DNA of 53,614 nt, counting the filler, from Sphacelaria rigidula (lineage: Eukaryota), in the NCBI GenBank assembly GCA_964200075.2. It is 3 parts of 3 records of this genome, joined end to end, with 100 filler letters (N's around TTAATTAATTAA, not from the genome) between each part and the next. Parts side by side here need not be neighbours in the genome. Positions count along the whole stretch, not along the records: positions 35,813 to 53,614 come from CAXNAA020000990.1; 2 more parts are not named here. One strand, 5' to 3'. Position numbers and translations under genes: made by a program. Below are positions 48,973-53,614 of the stretch, piece by piece. Each line of letters starts with the position of its first letter. Positions within the stretch are counted from its first letter, which is position 1. The notes below the pieces were generated by a model. That model worked only from the letters and a program-made list of their open reading frames with translations, had not been told where the DNA came from and searched no databases.

Positions 48973-49794
48973 CCGGCCAAATAAGCAGCGATGATTCGTC
49001 CGACCCTTGCCATGTATTGAGCACATCCAGTCGCGATATCAAAACAAAAGCCCCGTCAGATTAACCCTTTAACCGCCCAGGCATGCCCAGCTGTTGAACC
49101 GGGTATCACACTGGCTTGAAAAAATGAATGTCGGGGTCAGGTGTCCATCAGCGGGCGCTCAGAGGGTCGAGCACTGTACTGTTGTGCGATTGAACATGTA
49201 ACATGTAGGCATTTAGGAAAAATGAATGATCCATTTTCAATTTTGAAATCAAAATCTGAAATCCCACATGTCAGCATTCACTGCTCGGCCGGCTGTACTG
49301 TGGGTACTATTCTGATCATTCACTCGGTCAGTAAACGTACCGCAGCAGTGTAGACGGACAAAGTTTCAAGCGCAGGCTCTCACATCCCGTACCCGCTCGA
49401 CCTCGGCAGCACAGCGCATACTCGGGCGCTGTCCAGCAGGGCTAGAGCCGTCTACCCACAGTTGTTTTCCATTCTGCCACGCACGTTATGTTTCCATGTC
49501 ATGTTTCAATCATTGTACTGTCAATTCAAACCCGCAACCGAAAGAGAGAAGACTGCTGAGAAACGACGCATATACAGCTAATACTCTGGTTGGGTGTAAT
49601 TCACTGAAACGGAGGGGTATATATGCTTAATTTATTCTCCCACATGGGAAAAAAATATGACATCGACATGAAAAGTCGAGTGATATTTCCAGATTTGTAC
49701 TCTAACTTGTACAATGGTCTCATCGTGATGATACCCAATTTAATTTAAATACTAACCGCGACCCCGTCTCATCGCGGCCTTTCGCAAAGACGTG

Positions 49795-50598
49795 ATGAAG
49801 TACGAGGCTCTGGCCCCATGGGCGGTGCTCCCACCCCTTCTCGGTTACGTCGCAGGCACCGGTGGTCACTATGTCGCCTTGAACCAACCGCAAACCTTAC
49901 GCCTTCGCAAAACCGGCACTGCAACACCCTCACCGTGGCAGGCGACGAGTTGCACTTCAACAGCAACAGCAACAGCAACATCACTAACAACCACCGTCAT
50001 TTCAAGCAGACGGGACAGTATCGTACAGGCGGGACTTTCCCCCAACCAAATAAGGGGATGGCAGGGCTTGTCCGCCACCGCTGCCGCTGTGCTTCCTGGC
50101 GCAGCTATTTGCTGTGGCAGGAGGCGGAAAGGCACGCCGCAAGCCTTCGTTGCTGGTAGTAGTATAGTCGCAGCAGCATGCCGTTCACGGACTAGATGCA
50201 GTCTGTTGCGACCTGGGACTACTGCTGCGAAACCGCTGGCAACCGTATCTCCACGCCAGTGCTGCAGAGCTGGGAGGTCGCCCTTAGCGGCAGCAGGCTT
50301 CGGGGAGGGGTGTTATATGTCCGTGTCTAGGGAGGGTGTTGGCGGTGATCATGTTGATGATCGTATAGTAGGGTTTAGACGAAAGGAGGAAAGCGGGGGT
50401 GCGTGTGTTAAGGAGAGGGGAGGTGTGCGCAAGGGCAATGGTGCGAAGCAACAGCGGCAACAACAGCAGCAGCGGCAGCAGCAGCGGCAGCAGGGTGGGC
50501 AAGCATGGCTTGGCAACGTGGGTGGTTCGGTGATATCAAGAACAGATTTCGTTCAAGGGGTGGGAACCTCTGCGGTGGCGGTGTTGGCGCTGTCCTTG
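49795..50598 (+). CDS. Probable first exon of a gene with a long targeting leader (possible plastid/thylakoid protein); product unknown
   Basis: ORF with a hydrophobic start, Ser/Thr/Ala/Arg-rich segment, polyQ, then SRTDFVQGVGTSAVAVLALSL ending at a strong donor TTG|GTGAGT. Downstream exons were not identified. Confidence 0.5.
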
Positions 50599-52632
50599 GT
50601 GAGTTGTTGGACGTACCGCTTGCAAGTCATGCATCAGCATGCTGTTATCGTCCTGTGTTTGGTCAACATGAAAACAGGTTCAAGGTCTTTCGTGTCCGCA
50701 ATCCTTCGCGCAGGCGCGCACGACTACAGGCTGAGCTGTTCAACAACCCAATGTCGTCCTAGATGATCGTATCTGTTGAACGGTACTGGATCAGGGCAAG
50801 CTGAGCATATCGTTTTAATCGAGTAGTTGAGGCGATCGCGCGAAGCCATCCAGTTTAGGAATGCGCCGGGTTAGTGTCGTTGAACTCGCGTCTCCGTTAG
50901 GCACTTTTTTGTTGTGGGGTTTCTGTGTTGCCTTTCCTGAACAGTGTTGCGCCGAAAGACAAAAATAATAATGATTCGGAACAGAATCCGACGCATTTTC
51001 GCCTCGAAACGCACGCACCGACAACGCAACCCCATATTAAGCAACGTGAGGTTATTACCCATGGTCTACATTACATGCAGGCAAAGTTTCAGCGCGTAAA
51101 AGTGCCAACAGCGCGTGCACGGCCGTGCCTGCTGAATTGAGCATCTCTACAGACAAAATGAAGATTTGTACCGCACGGAATGTCATGATCCAGAATGTGT
51201 GCCAGTACAGATCGATGTTTGTTTAACGGCGCAGAAACTGCGTAGTAGGTCATGATGTGGAACTGAGCGCCCCCGCGTGTTAGCACATCCATGCAGTGAC
51301 GTCTCACGCATTCTGGGCTGCAGAGACGCCGTTTTGAGGGCGTATGGACGGCATAACCCAAAATCCGTGTTTGCTCTGTGTAGAATCCGCCCGCTCCTTC
51401 ACGTGCCGCCGAACAGCGTATGTGCTGTCTGTGTTGTGCTGTACCTCTGGGCCAAGTTTGAAACCGGTTCGTGTGGACACGGTGGAGAGATCCATAAACA
51501 CAGTGACGCTTCAGAAGTTGGAAATGCAGTACTGAACCGTGAAAGATACATAATATGCGGTAACGCCACATATCACACATGCCGTGAGTTACCGCCGTCC
51601 TATTTGCACACCTTCGTCCACCCGCCACCCAGTACGATGGCAACAAGTGCAGGGTCCGCGAACGCGTCGGGATTTGGATGCGATAGCTCACCCTCCGATA
51701 GTTGCTTGTGCTCTTGGTGTGTACAGAAAGAAGCACTGCGGGCTGCCGGATCGCGCCGATGCGAAAGTGCACCCCAGTGTGGGTGTGTGTGTGTACGCGA
51801 AATATTCTGTCGATGTCGTCACAAAAGTCAGGTTTAACGAACGCCTTTTTTTCGTGCATCTTTGTTGTACCCACGACAAATATCTCTGTTTCGCCACTTA
51901 TCGCATGTAAGAAAGTGTCTCGGTGGAAATCGCGCGTTGGGCGCTCCCATGAGTAATTATCCCGAACATGACGTTTAGACGGAGCTTGGCACCTCGGGGT
52001 GATCGCATCCCTTCGCTGATACCGTTCCGTAGCGATTTTTCCGTTTTAGGGTCATGTCACGGTAGTAGTCGCGCCCGGAATTGCTATCTCAGCAAGAAGC
52101 GTTCGACTCAATAAAACGCATGAAGCAAAAAATAAATCGAATTTGCTTTCAACGAGAAAAAACATTTAGTTAGCAACAACTTTGCTCGTTTTTTATTGGA
52201 ATTACAACCTCGGCCGTAAACGAAACTTTCGCGTGCACGAAACGCGGAGGTGCTTGGGTCTTGATTTTTCTTCTTACGTGACCGTCCTTGTGATGGAAAG
52301 TGCGGGTTCGGCCACAAACGAAGTGTTGTGGGGGCTATGAAGGTCCTCTACAAGGGTGTCAACGGAAAAAGCTTGTCATTGCGAGGTGTCAACATCCGCC
52401 CAACTCGCTCGGCGGCTGAAAATCGACAGCGAAATGCCAATAGTCAACCACGTAAATATTTGACACATCACAAATGGCCTTGGGGTCAAGACTTGAATGT
52501 AGGACTTGCGGCGGATTTTGTGAAGAACGAACTACAACGTTTGTCGTATATTGCAGTTGCGCAATAAGTAAAACCAAGGATGTCCATAACCACGGTAGGT
52601 TCCGCCGAAATTTGGGGTCACTTTGTACTCTG

Positions 52633-53154
52633 CAGGGCCCCGTCATTCACGGGGCCCCCTCGAGTACGCGCGGGGCCCCCTCAATGCAGGCTTCTACATA
52701 CTACATACAGCGCTCTGCGATGCTCAGTCCCACACCACAGCAGACCATAGACACATAGACCTACACACCAGGCAGCAGACCACATGGCTTCACCCGCGTG
52801 AGGATCGCTTTCAAACCCCTTGACTCTGGAGGGTCCACTGATGGGCGCGAAGCACTGCTTGCTTTCGTCGACGTCACCAGAGCGGCTGCATCTCAAGGGA
52901 ACACCCAGGTCAAGTGCAAGCTCTGCGACAAGTCGTTCGTGGGCTTCTCTGAAAGGATAGCAGCTCACCTCGCGGGCAAAACGGGTTTGCATGTGTCGAA
53001 GTGCCTGAAGTCGGGAGGGGAGGCGAGGACTGTAGGCAAACATTTCCTGCACAACCTCGAAGACAAGCGTGTTGCAACCCAGAAGCGGGTGGCAGAAACA
53101 GCCCTTGTAAAGACGCAGCAAACCCGGATTCGCCAATATAAATATGAATTATGA
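52633..53154 (+). mobile_element. hAT-like DNA transposon 5' end with BED zinc-finger transposase fragment
   Basis: CAGGGCCCC start with repeated GGGGCCCC motifs. ORF 52798-53154 contains VKCKLCDKSFVGFSERIAAHLAGKTGLHVSKC (BED finger Cx2C...H...C). The upstream ATG at 52784 is out of frame and followed by TGA. Confidence 0.7.
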
Positions 53155-53614
53155 CACATGGAACACTAAACGAGCGTGTTGTACTTTTTTCTGGGGCGAC
53201 GAAAAATATAAAACGCACACACTCCTTTCACCTGTACAGTGGAGAAACCATCACATCGCAAACAACTGGCAGGCACCACGCTAAAACGCCCCATTTGGAG
53301 GTGGTCCACCCACATTTCAAGCGGTATAAAGTTTAAAGCCAATGAAAGAAACAGGGTTGGGAACCCCGGGGATGGGCGTTTTTCATCCCCTGTTTTTTTC
53401 GGTTATAACCGGTAGGTTCCGGGGTCGGTTCCGGGTTATGGACATCCCTGACTAAAACACGTGCATAGACCAATGCCAGCGAAAAACACTCATAGCATAT
53501 TTTCCCAGGTGGTACCCCCCCCCCCCCCCCCCCCCCCCAACCCCCCCCCCACCACCCCCCACCAAAAAAAAAAAACAAAAAAAAACGATAAAAAGGAAAC
53601 AAAACGGGAACCAA

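Larger units (their letters stand above)
47766..49008. mobile_element. Composite TIR element just upstream of the tubulin start codon
   Basis: Perfect 15-bp inverted termini AAGGGTCGGACGAAT/ATTCGTCCGACCCTT enclosing two nested repeats. Confidence 0.6.

Noticed and set aside
49061..49080. TTAACCCTT piggyBac-like terminus
   Set aside because: No matching opposite end was seen in the contig.
51089..51910. Long overlapping ORFs on both strands (261 and 186 aa)
   Set aside because: No recognisable domain or clean exon boundaries; the HTHTH stretch is a CA microsatellite.

Overview
Eukaryotic, intron-rich and repeat-rich genomic DNA. Long introns, short GT/GC-AG exons and bipartite-type leaders suggest a brown alga or related stramenopile (inference). 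The window is not one locus. It holds three contigs of 17,806, 17,806 and 17,802 bp joined by artificial N44-TTAATTAATTAA-N44 spacers. Contig 1 has a head-to-head gene pair: a WW-domain, low-complexity protein with a signal-peptide-like leader (minus strand) and a truncated WD40-repeat gene (plus strand). Contig 2 has a multi-exon MFS transporter, a tRNA-Ser(AGA) and decayed ORFs and satellites. Contig 3 has a delta/zeta-type tubulin whose first intron is a ~9.3 kb GC-AG intron full of transposons, a divergent gene with a plastid-type leader, and a hAT BED-finger fragment. Many SINEs and MITEs occur, several of them nested. I found no CRISPR array, rRNA or convincing new multi-gene system. The best leads are the zeta-like tubulin, the WW protein, a TIR family with different internal repeat arrays, and intronless decayed ORFs of unknown origin. 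Exon chains were built by hand from splice sites and phase, without transcript or database support.
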